From assembly GCA_016784305.1 (NCBI GenBank), contig JADHUY010000001.1, positions 1 to 47,313 of the forward strand: DNA of 47,313 nucleotides, given 5' to 3'. Within the stretch, counting starts at the first letter, position 1. The number at the start of each line of letters is the position of its first letter. This document shows positions 7,066-15,433 of the stretch, in pieces. Origin of the DNA: Parcubacteria group bacterium (GTDB lineage Bacteria > Patescibacteriota > Minisyncoccia > Phycocordibacterales > JABMNX01). Below the pieces are notes generated by a model, which worked only from the letters and a program-made list of their open reading frames with translations, was not told the origin of the DNA and made no database searches. Position numbers and translations under genes: made by a program.

Positions 7066-7143
7066 TGCACTCTTTTCAGACCTTTATACATGAAATACTG
7101 CTAGCACTTTGTAAACCACCACCTAAATCGACAAGATATCACA

Positions 7144-7167
7144 ACTATTCCAATATATTGGAATAGT
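7144..7167. repeat. 24-nt perfect palindrome ACTATTCCAATATATTGGAATAGT (copy A)
   Basis: Read directly. The identical core occurs at 8087..8110 and 23155..23178, and with a 1-nt deletion at 8558..8582. Confidence 0.9.
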
Positions 7168-7407
7168 CAGAGCAGTACTGGTGCACCTGTAAATTAAGAT
7201 GAACTAAAGTGCGTAAAATTAATCTATTTGACAAAAAATACAGATATGCCATCATCTAAATGTATGGAATATTCATATCCACAGCAAAATACAAACGTGG
7301 GATTCAGAGGCCTTATGAAAATTAAGGCGTCATGTCTCTTATTGTTTGTGTTTAGCCGCGGTATGTTTGGAACCTCCTAAAATAAATTCTAACTTCGCAG
7401 AAATCCC

Positions 7408-7435
7408 TCGGCTAAATGGAAAGCCGATTTTTCTT
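7408..7435 (+). terminator. orphan terminator-like hairpin (tcggct-N8-agccga followed by TTTTTCTTTTT)
   Basis: 6-bp stem plus a long T-rich tail. It overlaps the 5' extension of ORF 7416, which argues for the 7476 start. Confidence 0.35.
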
Positions 7436-7475
7436 TTTAGCATACCTGAAATGTTCTTTGAAAGAGGACTGCAAA

Positions 7476-8057
7476 ATGACTGTAGACAATAGAATTGTAT
7501 TTTTAAAGAGTAAACGGCTGTATCTTCGCCCGCTTCTTGAAAGTGATATCCCACACCTTATGCGCTGGATTAATGACCGAGAAGTGACAATTTTTCTAAA
7601 GCCATACCTTCCAAAGCTTGAGGCAAACGAAAGAGCGTTTCTTGAAAATGTTTCTAAGAATCCCTCAAACGTTGTGTTTGCGATTGTGCTTGTAGAAGAT
7701 GACAGAGTGATTGGCACAATGGGACTTCACGGAATCCATATGCTCCACCGCCGTGCAAGCACTGGCGCTATGATTGGTGAAAAGGATTGCTGGGGAAAAG
7801 GCTATGGAACGGAAGCTAAGATGCTACTTCTACACTGGGCTTTCACTTCGCTCAATCTCCGGAAAATTAATTCATCTGTGCTCGCCTTCAATCATCGTAG
7901 CGCTACATATCTCGCCAAGTGTGGATACAAAGTAATAGGCGTATACAAAAAAAACCATTTCGTGCGAGGCAGATACGTAGATGAAATTATACTTGAAGTC
8001 TTCAAGTCTTACTTCATGCCTCTCTGGAGAGAATACAAAAAGAAACACCTCTCCTAA
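7476..8057 (+). CDS. GNAT family N-acetyltransferase (RimJ/RimL-like)
   Basis: LYLRPLLESDIPHLMRWINDREV and GYGTEAKMLLLHWAF. The ATG at 7476 is preceded by AGAGGA. The track ORF starts at 7416. Confidence 0.8.
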   Translation: MTVDNRIVFLKSKRLYLRPLLESDIPHLMRWINDREVTIFLKPYLPKLEANERAFLENVSKNPSNVVFAIVLVEDDRVIGTMGLHGIHMLHRRASTGAMIGEKDCWGKGYGTEAKMLLLHWAFTSLNLRKINSSVLAFNHRSATYLAKCGYKVIGVYKKNHFVRGRYVDEIILEVFKSYFMPLWREYKKKHLS

Positions 8058-8077
8058 ACAATCTTAAGACGCTCTCT

Positions 8078-8119
8078 GTAACCCCGACTATTCCAATATA
8101 TTGGAATAGTCGGGGTTAC
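8078..8119. terminator. 42-nt perfect palindrome (copy B, core plus extended arms GTAACCCCG.../...CGGGGTTAC) between convergent genes
   Basis: gtaaccccgactattccaatatattggaatagtcggggttac, lying between the stops at 8057 (+) and 8122 (-). Confidence 0.7.
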
Positions 8120-8121
8120 TT

Positions 8122-8526
8122 TTAATACTTTTCTTTAAACAAAGATGCTGGACTTGTGCCGTACCGCGGCAACGGTTTTAGGAGATTTTCTAGATAGAGC
8201 TGCAGTGGACTCTTTTTCAAAGTACTACAAAGCCTTTTTGTGTTTGACAGTTTCCCGCTCTCAAGACGTGTCTGCAGTTTAAGAGTGGTTGTTGGGCTTA
8301 GTTGTAACACTTTCCCCACCCTGTATGGACTCACATTGTTGGACAAAAGAGAGACCGCCGCTAAACGTTTACCTAGCATGACTTTCTCTGTAGGTGTAAG
8401 CAACTCATTAAAAGCACCTCCATGCTGTTTCTTAGAAATGCTTTTGTTTGTTATTGCACCAATAAGAAGCTCGTAGATCTTTTTTGAAAGATCTTTATTA
8501 ATAGGTTTTGGTGAGACATGCGACAT
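8122..8526 (-). CDS. TrpR/YerC-YecD-like HTH protein
   Basis: ELLTPTEKVMLGKRLAAVSLLSNNVSPYRVGKVLQLSPTTTLKL resembles the YerC/TrpR helix pattern. ATG at 8526; the track ORF uses TTG at 8547. Confidence 0.55.
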   Translation of the reverse strand: MSHVSPKPINKDLSKKIYELLIGAITNKSISKKQHGGAFNELLTPTEKVMLGKRLAAVSLLSNNVSPYRVGKVLQLSPTTTLKLQTRLESGKLSNTKRLCSTLKKSPLQLYLENLLKPLPRYGTSPASLFKEKY

Positions 8527-8551
8527 ACGAACTATTATTACTCTCAATATA

Positions 8552-8588
8552 ACACACTACTATTCCAATATATTGAATAGTAGTGTGT
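8552..8588. repeat. palindrome copy C (core with 1-nt deletion, different extended arms ACACACT.../...AGTGTGT)
   Basis: acacactactattccaatatattgaatagtagtgtgt, downstream of the rpoD stop and upstream of the TrpR-like gene. Confidence 0.85.
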
Positions 8589-8658
8589 CGTGTATTACAC
8601 GCATATATTACAGACACATATTACATGCACTTATTATCTCTTAATAAATAACTAGATA

Positions 8659-9981
8659 TTAGTAGTTTTTAAGTTGGTTGGCACGCTCGTGGTTGCGGAT
8701 TTTCTCTAGTGACTTAGCTTCAATTTGGCGGATTCGCTCGCGGGTTACACCGAACTCCTTTCCAACCTCCTCAAGAGTGTGGAAAATCCCGTCCTCTAAG
8801 CCGTGGCGCATTTCAAGAATCTTTCTTTCTTTTGGTGAAAGTTCATCAAGAATCTGATTAACCTGGTCAGCCAAAATCCTCCTCGCTGAAGTCTGGTCCG
8901 GTGAAAGAATCTTATCATCTGCTATAAAGTCACCGAGTGTACTCTTCCCATCGTCCTCGTCCCCTACAGGGCTCTCAAGAGACACTGTGTCGTGGTTTAT
9001 CTTTTCTATATTATGAATTTTCTCAACATCAAGCCCCATTTCTGTGGCTATCTCCTCTGGAAGCGGATCACGTCCGAGGTCCTGCGCTAAGCGCCTTGAA
9101 ACCTGCTTGTACTTAGCAATAGTCTCAACCATATGAACCGGAATACGAATAGTCCTTGACTGGTCAGCCAGTGCTCTTGTGATAGCCTGCCTTATCCACC
9201 ACGTAGCGTAAGTTGAAAACTTGTAGCCTCTTGTGTGGTCAAATTTATCTACTGCCTTAAACAGCCCAATGTTCCCCTCTTGAATAAGGTCAAGAAGTGT
9301 TAGGTCGGGACTCCTTCCAACGTAGCGCTTTGCAATTGATACAACCAACCTTAAGTTGGCACGAGCCAAAAGATTACGTGCTTCGTCATCTCCGTCTAAG
9401 ATGCGCTGTGCAAAGTCTCTTTCCTCTTGAGCAACTAAAAGAGGGTACCGCCCTATTTCACGAAGATACATTTGAATTGAATCGTAGCTTGAGTCGCCTC
9501 CTCTTCGATATAGGTTTTTCTTAGAAAGAATCTCATCAGTTGCAGCCTCTTCAAGCATTCCACCACCTTCAAGAACATCCACATGTGCAGTAGTGAATTT
9601 TTCGTACATTTCCTCAAGAAACAAAACGTCTTCTTCAATATTTGGAAACTCCCTTAGAATCTCATCATACGTAACATATCCACGCTCACGCCCTTTTGCA
9701 AGTAGCTTGTCGGACTTTTTATTGTTTTCCTTCTCTTTCTTGCTTGTTCTTTTAGGCGCCTTTTTTACTATCTTTTTCTTAGGTACTTTCTTTGCATCCT
9801 TTTTAGCCACCTTCTTTTTGGGGGCTTTCTTAGTTACTTTCTTCTTTGGTGCTTTTTTAGCAACTCTCTTAGTGCCTTTCTTGGCAGGCTTTTTAGCTCC
9901 CTTCTTTTTAGGGGCTTTTTTTACTACCTTCTTAGTTGCCTTTTTGGCGACTTTCTCACTTATCTTCTTAGCTTTTGGCAT
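8659..9981 (-). CDS. rpoD: RNA polymerase sigma-70 factor with ~90-aa Lys/Ala/Pro-rich N-terminus
   Basis: [13 protein letters not shown] (region 2), regions 3/4 present, and an N-terminal KKAPKKK repeat tract. Confidence 0.93.
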   Translation of the reverse strand: MPKAKKISEKVAKKATKKVVKKAPKKKGAKKPAKKGTKRVAKKAPKKKVTKKAPKKKVAKKDAKKVPKKKIVKKAPKRTSKKEKENNKKSDKLLAKGRERGYVTYDEILREFPNIEEDVLFLEEMYEKFTTAHVDVLEGGGMLEEAATDEILSKKNLYRRGGDSSYDSIQMYLREIGRYPLLVAQEERDFAQRILDGDDEARNLLARANLRLVVSIAKRYVGRSPDLTLLDLIQEGNIGLFKAVDKFDHTRGYKFSTYATWWIRQAITRALADQSRTIRIPVHMVETIAKYKQVSRRLAQDLGRDPLPEEIATEMGLDVEKIHNIEKINHDTVSLESPVGDEDDGKSTLGDFIADDKILSPDQTSARRILADQVNQILDELSPKERKILEMRHGLEDGIFHTLEEVGKEFGVTRERIRQIEAKSLEKIRNHERANQLKNY

Positions 9982-9990
9982 AGGAATACT

Positions 9991-11712
9991 TTACTCATTC
10001 ATTGATAAATTAGCAATAGTCTCGGATAATTTTTTACTTTTCTCTAAAAGCTTCTCCGTTTTCTTGTTATCTCCCTCATATTCGGCTTGACGAAGTTCTT
10101 CTGTGACTTTAGAAAGCTCCTCTTTTACATTCTCCATGGAAAGTGCGTTTATAAGTTCATCTACATCATCGCTCATTAGACTATCGTCTCTATAAGAAAG
10201 TTCTGCTCTAAACATATCTTCGTCTATCCTGTCTGACAATCTCTCTTCAAGCTCACTCATACGCTCGCTTCCTATTGCCTCAGTAAATGACTTTCTAAGT
10301 TTGATCATGTCCATCATTGGCTTCTTTAAAGATTCTTGCCAATGAATGATGCCTAGTAGCTTCTGTTCAATCCTACCTCTTCTTGTTTTTGCAACCACAT
10401 TTGTTGTCGGAATTCTTTTTACAGTGTCATCTTCTACCTCCTTGGTGTTGAGGGTAGCCTTAAGTACCTCTTCTTTTACCGACTCTTCAAAAACACCAAT
10501 CCTTTTTGCGACCTTCTCTATGAAATGTCCTTGGTCAATCTTGTTCTCTATTTGTCTGATAAAAGGTAAAACTTCAGCCGCGACCTTCTTTTTAAACTTG
10601 CGAGCGTCCAGCTCTTCCTCTGAAAGCTTATCTAGAAGGAAGTCTACTATATGTTTTGACTCTTTTACTGTGCTTCTCCACTTCTCTTTGTCTACTTTAA
10701 TAAGATCCGCAGGGTCAACTCCGGCATTCATGCATGCAACCTTTACGTCCATACCAAGAGATAGCGCGAGCAGTGAGCTTCTTTTGGCAGATGCGAGTCC
10801 AGCGTCATCACTATCAAAAGCAAGTACTACGTTTTTAGAGAGTCTTTTTAAAAGAGTCAGCTGTTCTAATGTAAGCGCTGTACCTGAAATTGCGACAGTG
10901 TTGGTAAAACCAGCTTGATGAGACATGAGTACATCTACTTGGCCTTCTACCACTATTGAAAAGTCGTGCTTCCTTATGGTCTGCTTAGCCATGTCATAGC
11001 CAAAGAGAATGCGCGACTTCTGATAAAGGGGAGTCTCTGGAGAATTTATATATTTACCCATATTTTCTCCACCTTCAAAAACTCTTCCGGAAAATGCTAC
11101 AACCCTACCTGCGCTATCTTTTATTGGGAACATTATGCGACCTCGAAATGTATCATAAAGTCTCTTACCGTCGTCAGCTTTCTTAAGTAGGCCGACCTTC
11201 TCAATGTCAGATACGCCATAGCCTTTAGAGACCAGATACTCATGTAGGCCCTGCCATTCATTAAAAGCGTAGCCAACACGAAAAATTTTAATTGTCCTGT
11301 CACTAAGACCCCTATCTAAAAGGTACTTTACAACGTCTTTCCTGCTCTTTATATTATTTTCAAAGTACACGGTCGCACTATCAAGAATTTGGTAGAGTTT
11401 ATCTCTTTCATCTCTATTCTCTCCACCGCCATACACTAAGGCAACACCAGCTCTATCGGCCAGAATCTTCAAAGCCCCAGAGAAGTCCACCCCTTCCATT
11501 TTCTGAACGAATGTAAAGATGTCTCCACCTTGAGTGGTTGAAAAACAATAATACATATCCCTGTCCGGAGAGACATAGAAAGACGGAGTTTTCTCATTTG
11601 AAAAGGGAGAGTTTGCTTTGTAGTTTTTACCAGCCTTAACTAGTTTTACATATGAAGAAACAACGTCCACTATAGAGAGTCTTTCTTTTATTTGTTCTAC
11701 TGAAGACGTCAT
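9991..11712 (-). CDS. dnaG: DNA primase
   Basis: SPFSNEKTPSF, EGQVDVLMSHQAGFTNTVAISGTALT (Toprim) and DSDDAG. ATG at 11712; the track ORF uses TTG at 11748. Confidence 0.92.
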   Translation of the reverse strand: MTSSVEQIKERLSIVDVVSSYVKLVKAGKNYKANSPFSNEKTPSFYVSPDRDMYYCFSTTQGGDIFTFVQKMEGVDFSGALKILADRAGVALVYGGGENRDERDKLYQILDSATVYFENNIKSRKDVVKYLLDRGLSDRTIKIFRVGYAFNEWQGLHEYLVSKGYGVSDIEKVGLLKKADDGKRLYDTFRGRIMFPIKDSAGRVVAFSGRVFEGGENMGKYINSPETPLYQKSRILFGYDMAKQTIRKHDFSIVVEGQVDVLMSHQAGFTNTVAISGTALTLEQLTLLKRLSKNVVLAFDSDDAGLASAKRSSLLALSLGMDVKVACMNAGVDPADLIKVDKEKWRSTVKESKHIVDFLLDKLSEEELDARKFKKKVAAEVLPFIRQIENKIDQGHFIEKVAKRIGVFEESVKEEVLKATLNTKEVEDDTVKRIPTTNVVAKTRRGRIEQKLLGIIHWQESLKKPMMDMIKLRKSFTEAIGSERMSELEERLSDRIDEDMFRAELSYRDDSLMSDDVDELINALSMENVKEELSKVTEELRQAEYEGDNKKTEKLLEKSKKLSETIANLSMNE

Positions 11713-11754
11713 ATGAGATATATTAGTCCTCCAATGTGTCCTCGGCAACCACCC

Positions 11755-14700
11755 CTAGCTTCTCTCTAAGTAAGAACCGCTGTCTGACAGTTCCTTCTGT
11801 AAATCTTTTATCATCTCATTCTTAGGGCTTCCAGAGTAGCCTGTACCAGCTGGAATAAGCCTTCCTATGATGACATTCTCTTTTAGACCCCTTAGTTTAT
11901 CAACCCCACCACGAACGGCAGAGTTTATAAGGACACGAGTGGTGTTCTGAAAAGATGAGGCGGATAGGAAACTCTTTCGCGAAAGTGAAACTTCCATTAT
12001 TCCAACAATAAGTGGGTCCGCAACAGCCATCTCTCCACCGTCGTCATTTGCTCGTTTATTTTCATTTTGGAAGTCAAAAACCTCAACAGTGTCTCCGACA
12101 GAAAGTTCCGTTGTGCCAGATTCTTTCACCTTCATTCGTGAAAACATTTGCCTGATGATAACCTCAATATGCTTTCTTGAAATGGTTACACCCTGAAGCT
12201 CATAAATACGGCTTGTCTCACTGATAATGTATTCTTGTGTTATTTCTTTACCTGCAAACTTAAATAGCTCCTCTAAGTTTGCTGAACCGTCAGTTAGAAA
12301 TTGTCCTTTCTCTACCTTGTCTCCAACTTTGACGTTTAGCATTCTAAGGAAATGTATCGGGTACTCAAGATCACGCTTCTTTGTAGTTTTACTTGTTCCG
12401 TCGGGTAGAAGTATAAGAATCTTCTCTTTCCCTTCGTCGGTAATTTCAGAAACCGTGCCGGAGATATGAGCTATAACAGCTGGGTTTTTTGGTTGCCTTC
12501 TTTCAAATACTTCTTCAACACGAGGAAGTCCTTGCGTAATATCGCCACCTACACTCGCAGTTCCTCCTGTGTGGAAAGTACGCATAGTAAGCTGTGTTCC
12601 AGGCTCGCCAATTGCTTGCGCAGCAATAGTCCCAATAGCTTCACCTATAGAAATCAACTCGTTGGTTGATACGTCTGCCCCGTAACATTTTTTACAAATC
12701 CCATGATGTGTTTTACATGTCATTGGAGAACGAAGCGTAACCTTCTCAACCTTCTCGTCAGCCTCAACCACTTCAGAATCTAATGCGCTTAACATGTGCC
12801 CTTTTTCAAACAACACCTTCTTCCCAGACATAATATCTTCTGAAAGAATCCTACCCTTTAGATTTTTCGCAAAAGAAATTTTAATTCCAGACGCGCTGTC
12901 TCTTGTGATTTCTACACCGTCTTTTGTCTTGCAATCTTCCTCTGTAATGATAATGTCTTGCGCAACATCAAATAGCCTCCTCGTTAGGTATCCTGCCTTT
13001 GCGGTCTGAAGAGCCGTGTCGGTGAGCCCCTTACGCGCCCCATGAGTCGTAATAAAGTATTCAGTAGGTGTAAGACCCTCTTTCATAGACGCCGTAATAG
13101 GGAATTCTATAACCTCACCCTTGGTGTTTTGAATAAGCCCCTTCATGCCGGCCATTTGATTTAACTGTCTGACTGAGCCACGAGCACCAGAGAAAAGCAT
13201 GTCGTAGACTGACCCATTTGGGTCAAGTGTACCTGGAAGGATTTTCTCAAACTGACTAACAACATCGTGCCAAATCTTAACGAGCATCCTTCCCTTTTCT
13301 TGCGCAGATAGAAGTCCATTCTTGTATTGTTCCGTAATGACATCTGATTCACCTCTCGCTTTCGTCACAATAGCCTTCTTTTCAGACGGGATTACTACGT
13401 CAGAAAGGCTCCATGTAATACCAGAGTGCGTTGCGTACTTAAATCCAAATTTCTTAATTTTATCTAGTATGTTTGGTATCTCGCTTAAGCCATATTTATC
13501 AATAAGAACATCCACAAGATCCGCCATTTTCTTGTTGGTCATTTCGTCATTAATGAATGGAAAATCTTTTGGAAGTACGCTGTTAAACAAGAGTCTGCCA
13601 ACTGATGTTTCAAACACCTCCCCATTAAACTCTGCGTACTTATCACTTTGATGAGCCATGACTTTTATCTTTGCTCTATACCCAACATCATCAAAGTCAT
13701 GCGCCGTAATGGCGTTATTTGGTGACGGGAAAAACTTTCCCTCCCCTTTCTCGCCAGAAACTAACTTAGTCATCCAGTAACATCCAAGGATGATGTCTTG
13801 TGCAGCGTGAGTTACTACTTCACCACTTCCTGGCTTTAGTACGTTTACCCTTGCAGACAGTATTTCTTTCGCCTCAAGTTGAGCTTCATCAGAAAGCGGT
13901 ACATGAACAGCCATTTGGTCCCCATCAAAGTCAGCGTTAAAAGCTGGACACACAAGTGGGTGAATCTGAATAGCGTTTCCTTCAATAAGAATTGGCCTGA
14001 AAGCCTGAATACCTTGCCTGTGTAAAGTAGGTGCTCGGTTAAGAAGGACGTGCTTATCTTTAATCACGTCTTCAAGAATTGCCCATACTTCTGGTATTCC
14101 ATCTTCAATAAGCCTTCCTGCACCGCGGATGTTATACGCAAGTTCTTTTTCAAGAAGCTGGCTAATAACAAATGGCCTAAATAGCTCAAGCGCCATGTGC
14201 TTAGGCAAACCACACTGGTCAATCTCTAAATCTGGTCCAACCACAATAACGGAGCGTCCGGAATAGTCCACTCGCTTACCCAATAGGTTTCCTCTGAAAT
14301 ATCCCTGCTTACCCTTAATGTAGTCCGATAGTGATTTTAGCGGGCGCCTCTGGGACTGACTCATTGCGGAGAACATGGTGTTTCCATGCCTTATTGAATT
14401 ATCAATAAGAGCGTCCACCGCCTCTTGAAGGATTCTCTTTTCGTTCCTTTGAATAACTTCGGGTGCGTTAATATCTTTTAGTTTCTTTAGACGATTGTTT
14501 CTGTTTATAACCCTTCTGTATAAATCATTAACATCAGAAGATGCGTGTCGTCCTCCTTCAAGTGCAACCATGGGCCTTAGTGCTGGTGGAATAACGGGGA
14601 TCCTAATTAAGAACATCCACTCGGGACGAACTCCAGCCTTTGACATTGATTTAAGAAGGGCTAAACGCTTGTTTAACTTTTCTCTCTCTACCGCTCCTGC

Positions 14701-15432
14701 CACCTCAAGTCTCTCTTGGAGTATCTTAATAAGCTTATCTAGCTTGATGTTTTTAAATATATTGTAAAGAGCTTCCGCTCCAATTTCCGCCTCAAAAAGG
14801 CCTCCGTATTTAACTACGAACTTGTGATATGTTGTCTCATCTAAAACTGCCATCTCTTGGATACTTTGTATTTCTTGCTTTGTGGTAGTTAGAAGTTCTT
14901 TAAGCTTAGTCTTAGTTTTTGCATCTTTTGAAGACTGTACCTTGCTCTTGTATTCGCTATCAAGCTCCTTTAAAAGCCTTGCGCGCTCACCATCATCCAC
15001 TTTAGTAATGATATAGCCCGCAAAATATGCAACCTTTTCAACCTCTCCAGCAGGAAGACCAAGAATCAAAGAGATGCGAGATGGAATACTTCGTAAAAAC
15101 CAAATATGAGCAACTGGTACGGCAAGTTCAATGTGAGCCATCCTTTCACGACGAACGATGGAGCGAGTAACCTCAACTCCACATTTATCACAAACAATAC
15201 CCTTATACCTGATACCTCTGTACTTCCCACAGTAACACTCAAAATCTTTTTCTGGACCAAAAATCTTTTCGTCAAAAAGTCCATTCTTTTCTGCACGCTG
15301 TGTCCGATAGTTAATAGTTTCTGGCTTGGTAACCTCACCGTGTGACCAATCCAAAATACGCTCGGGTGCAGCGAGCCTGATGGTCACTGCATCAAAGTTG
15401 CTATTATCGTAATCTTTTCTTTTCGTTTCCAT
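11755..15432 (-). CDS. rpoC: DNA-directed RNA polymerase subunit beta'
   Basis: NADFDGDQMAVH active site and a zinc-binding CxC..C.C motif near the N-terminus. The ATG at 15432 lies 1 nt after the rpoB stop; the track uses GTG at 15444. Confidence 0.97.
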   Translation of the reverse strand: METKRKDYDNSNFDAVTIRLAAPERILDWSHGEVTKPETINYRTQRAEKNGLFDEKIFGPEKDFECYCGKYRGIRYKGIVCDKCGVEVTRSIVRRERMAHIELAVPVAHIWFLRSIPSRISLILGLPAGEVEKVAYFAGYIITKVDDGERARLLKELDSEYKSKVQSSKDAKTKTKLKELLTTTKQEIQSIQEMAVLDETTYHKFVVKYGGLFEAEIGAEALYNIFKNIKLDKLIKILQERLEVAGAVEREKLNKRLALLKSMSKAGVRPEWMFLIRIPVIPPALRPMVALEGGRHASSDVNDLYRRVINRNNRLKKLKDINAPEVIQRNEKRILQEAVDALIDNSIRHGNTMFSAMSQSQRRPLKSLSDYIKGKQGYFRGNLLGKRVDYSGRSVIVVGPDLEIDQCGLPKHMALELFRPFVISQLLEKELAYNIRGAGRLIEDGIPEVWAILEDVIKDKHVLLNRAPTLHRQGIQAFRPILIEGNAIQIHPLVCPAFNADFDGDQMAVHVPLSDEAQLEAKEILSARVNVLKPGSGEVVTHAAQDIILGCYWMTKLVSGEKGEGKFFPSPNNAITAHDFDDVGYRAKIKVMAHQSDKYAEFNGEVFETSVGRLLFNSVLPKDFPFINDEMTNKKMADLVDVLIDKYGLSEIPNILDKIKKFGFKYATHSGITWSLSDVVIPSEKKAIVTKARGESDVITEQYKNGLLSAQEKGRMLVKIWHDVVSQFEKILPGTLDPNGSVYDMLFSGARGSVRQLNQMAGMKGLIQNTKGEVIEFPITASMKEGLTPTEYFITTHGARKGLTDTALQTAKAGYLTRRLFDVAQDIIITEEDCKTKDGVEITRDSASGIKISFAKNLKGRILSEDIMSGKKVLFEKGHMLSALDSEVVEADEKVEKVTLRSPMTCKTHHGICKKCYGADVSTNELISIGEAIGTIAAQAIGEPGTQLTMRTFHTGGTASVGGDITQGLPRVEEVFERRQPKNPAVIAHISGTVSEITDEGKEKILILLPDGTSKTTKKRDLEYPIHFLRMLNVKVGDKVEKGQFLTDGSANLEELFKFAGKEITQEYIISETSRIYELQGVTISRKHIEVIIRQMFSRMKVKESGTTELSVGDTVEVFDFQNENKRANDDGGEMAVADPLIVGIMEVSLSRKSFLSASSFQNTTRVLINSAVRGGVDKLRGLKENVIIGRLIPAGTGYSGSPKNEMIKDLQKELSDSGSYLERS

Positions 15433-15433
15433 A

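Noticed and set aside
7246-7380. 44-codon plus-strand ORF in the nuclease/GNAT spacer
   Set aside because: It has no SD and no correctly spaced -10 relative to the TTGACA hexamer. It is kept only as a possibility under the orphan-terminator finding.
9593-10090. 165-aa plus-strand ORF (Phe/Leu-rich)
   Set aside because: It is an antisense mirror of the Lys-rich (AAG/AAA) repeat of rpoD and crosses the dnaG/rpoD junction.
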